A stretch of 16,932 nt of DNA. It comes from Candidatus Heimdallarchaeota archaeon. Lineage in GTDB: Archaea; Asgardarchaeota; Heimdallarchaeia; Heimdallarchaeales; Heimdallarchaeaceae. Positions 15,698 through 16,932 of the stretch are shown in pieces. The translations under genes and the position numbers were made by a program. The notes under the pieces were generated by a model. That model did no database searches, was not told the DNA's origin, and worked only from the letters and a program-made list of their open reading frames with translations. Numbering within the stretch: the stretch's first letter is position 1; the number at the start of each line of letters is the position of its first letter. Location of the stretch: positions 1-16,932 of the forward strand of contig DXJF01000147.1 of NCBI GenBank assembly GCA_019057375.1, written 5' to 3'.

Positions 15698-15979
15698 TTA
15701 GAAATCTTCTTTTAATCCTTCAGATATACGAGTAACTCTTCTTGTTATACTTCGCCCTGCACTAGTGTTGGGTTCCCATGCTCCACCTGCGAGTTTTTCA
15801 CCACATTTAGAGCACTCCCATATACCAAGACCAGTTCTTTTCAAAGTCTTCATTTGACAAACAGGGCATTTGTAAACAGCCTTACTTTTGTTTTCTACCT
15901 CTCTTACTCGTTTTCTGATTGTACTACCATACCTAGCACCGTAACGTCCTGTTGAACCAACTTTCTTTGTTTTGGGCAT
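15698..15979 (-). CDS. rpl37ae: 50S ribosomal protein L37Ae (eL43)
   Basis: KKVGSTGRYGARYG, CPVC..KRTGLGIWECSKCG..AGGAWEP zinc ribbon. Confidence 0.97.
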   Translation of the reverse strand: MPKTKKVGSTGRYGARYGSTIRKRVREVENKSKAVYKCPVCQMKTLKRTGLGIWECSKCGEKLAGGAWEPNTSAGRSITRRVTRISEGLKEDF

Positions 15980-15991
15980 TTTTTACACCAC

Positions 15992-16807
15992 TTATTTCTT
16001 CGAGAGCGCTTTCATTAGCTCTTTCCTTAAAGTTTTCGATACAAGTAAGCTTTCTCGAAGTATTTTCTTTATTTCTTCAGGCGTATAAACTCCTTGTTTT
16101 CCCTTTTGCACTGATACAACATGATCTTCTTCATCAAAACCGAATGTTATTCTAGAGTTACTAACTCTTTCTTCTTTGAAGTTAGCATCAAAAATGTTGA
16201 ATTTATCTACTTTATACGATGTTACAGAAACAGGATAATGATCTATTTGTAGTGGCTCTTTTTCTTCTAAAACTTCAACCACCCCATCTTCTCCAATTTT
16301 GGTTTTAGGTATTTCGGCAGTTGCTAAAGCTGCTATTGCACCAAGTGTGGCAGCATCAAATAGATTTCCAGCATCATTTAAAACGTAAAAATCTATAAAC
16401 AATATCCAAACAGTTTTTTCAGGAATAATACATAATTTCGATAAATCTATACTATGAGATTCTCTTATTGCTCTATCAGTTACTCTTGCAAGTTCTATTG
16501 CATTGTTTGAGGGAGGACCACTTTCAAAATATGGTGAAGCTAAGGGAGAAAGTTCTGCACTTGTTGTAATAACACCTGTGTTTGGAGTATCTGGAAAAGG
16601 AGTTCCCAATATTGCTTTAACTCCAACAATTATTTTGGTATCTCCAAGTGTTACAACAGCTGAACCTTCAGCTTTTCCTACATAATTTGTTTCAATATTA
16701 ACCTCTCTAATCTGATTCAATTCTCGATTATCGGATCTCTTATTCTGTTCCAAAAGGAATAGAATGTGATCTTTCTCTATTTCACTAATAACATAATTAT
16801 CGCCCAT
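15992..16807 (-). CDS. rrp42: Exosome complex component Rrp42
   Basis: KRSDNRELNQIREV, KAEGSAVVTLGDTKIIVGVK, PFPDTPNTG, ELSPLASP.FESGPP, ELARVTDRAIRES, DAGNLFDAA. Directly upstream of rpl37ae. Confidence 0.96.
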   Translation of the reverse strand: MGDNYVISEIEKDHILFLLEQNKRSDNRELNQIREVNIETNYVGKAEGSAVVTLGDTKIIVGVKAILGTPFPDTPNTGVITTSAELSPLASPYFESGPPSNNAIELARVTDRAIRESHSIDLSKLCIIPEKTVWILFIDFYVLNDAGNLFDAATLGAIAALATAEIPKTKIGEDGVVEVLEEKEPLQIDHYPVSVTSYKVDKFNIFDANFKEERVSNSRITFGFDEEDHVVSVQKGKQGVYTPEEIKKILRESLLVSKTLRKELMKALSKK

Positions 16808-16808
16808 T

Positions 16809-16931
16809 TTACTCTACTCCTTCTTCTTTGACTTCAGCTTTAGGTTTTTCCTTGACTTCAGCTTTAGGTTTTTCCTTGACTTCAGCTTTAGGTTTTTCCT
16901 TGACTTCAGCTTTAGGTACTTCTTTGACTTC
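16809..16931 (-). CDS. C-terminal 40 aa of the upstream gene, probably exosome subunit Rrp41, consisting of EVKEKPKA repeats (truncated by window edge)
   Basis: Manual translation EVKEVPKA EVKEKPKA EVKEKPKA EVKEKPKA EVKEEGVE*; stop lies 1 nt before the rrp42 ATG. Identity as Rrp41 is inferred only from conserved rrp41-rrp42 order. Confidence 0.6.
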   Translation of the reverse strand, partial: EVKEVPKAEVKEKPKAEVKEKPKAEVKEKPKAEVKEEGVE

Positions 16932-16932
16932 A
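16830..16932. repeat. 24-bp coding tandem repeat GACTTCAGCTTTAGGTTTTTCCTT
   Basis: Three perfect copies (16830-16901), one variant (16902-16925) and a partial fifth at the window end. No spacers. Confidence 0.95.

Noticed and set aside
15952-16685. Plus-strand ORFs 15952-16155 and 16503-16685
   Set aside because: Antisense to rrp42/rpl37ae.
16830-16932. 24-bp direct repeats as a CRISPR array
   Set aside because: Units are head-to-tail with no spacers, the length is a multiple of 3, and they read in frame into a stop beside rrp42.
1-16932. Mobile element, prophage, defence island, tRNA or rRNA
   Set aside because: No integrase, transposase, terminal repeats, structural phage genes or cloverleaf seen; intergenic gaps are short and composition looks uniform by eye. 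A small C/D-box sRNA cannot be excluded without an Infernal or snoscan search.

Overview
AT-rich, gene-dense archaeal chromosomal window, most likely from an Asgard archaeon (inferred from a longin-domain gene, a RING-finger fusion, AGGTGA ribosome-binding sites and archaeal-type exosome/RFC genes; Heimdallarchaeia is plausible but unproven). Left to right: a 5'-truncated LolD/FtsE-like ABC ATPase with an AbrB-like plus Zn-ribbon tail; a 3-TM protein; an orphan family-5 solute-binding protein whose motif order appears circularly permuted; a Dna2-like nuclease-helicase fused to a C-terminal RING finger; a divergent longin protein; a 57-aa 2x[4Fe-4S] ferredoxin missing from the ORF track; a TrmB-like wHTH protein with a ~500-aa helical insert; a phosphoribosyltransferase plus small wHTH; RFC large subunit; a Gly-rich membrane protein; DDAH; a TIM-barrel metalloenzyme; and the end of the exosome superoperon (probable rrp41 tail with 24-bp tandem repeats, rrp42, rpl37ae, Brix, pcc1), lacking the usual rpoP and prefoldin-beta neighbours. 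No mobile element, CRISPR array, rRNA or tRNA was seen. Best leads: the Dna2-RING fusion, an identical 10-bp motif upstream of both Dna2-RING and rfcL, the permuted binding protein, and the giant TrmB-like protein. No database searches were run, so all family calls come from motif recognition.
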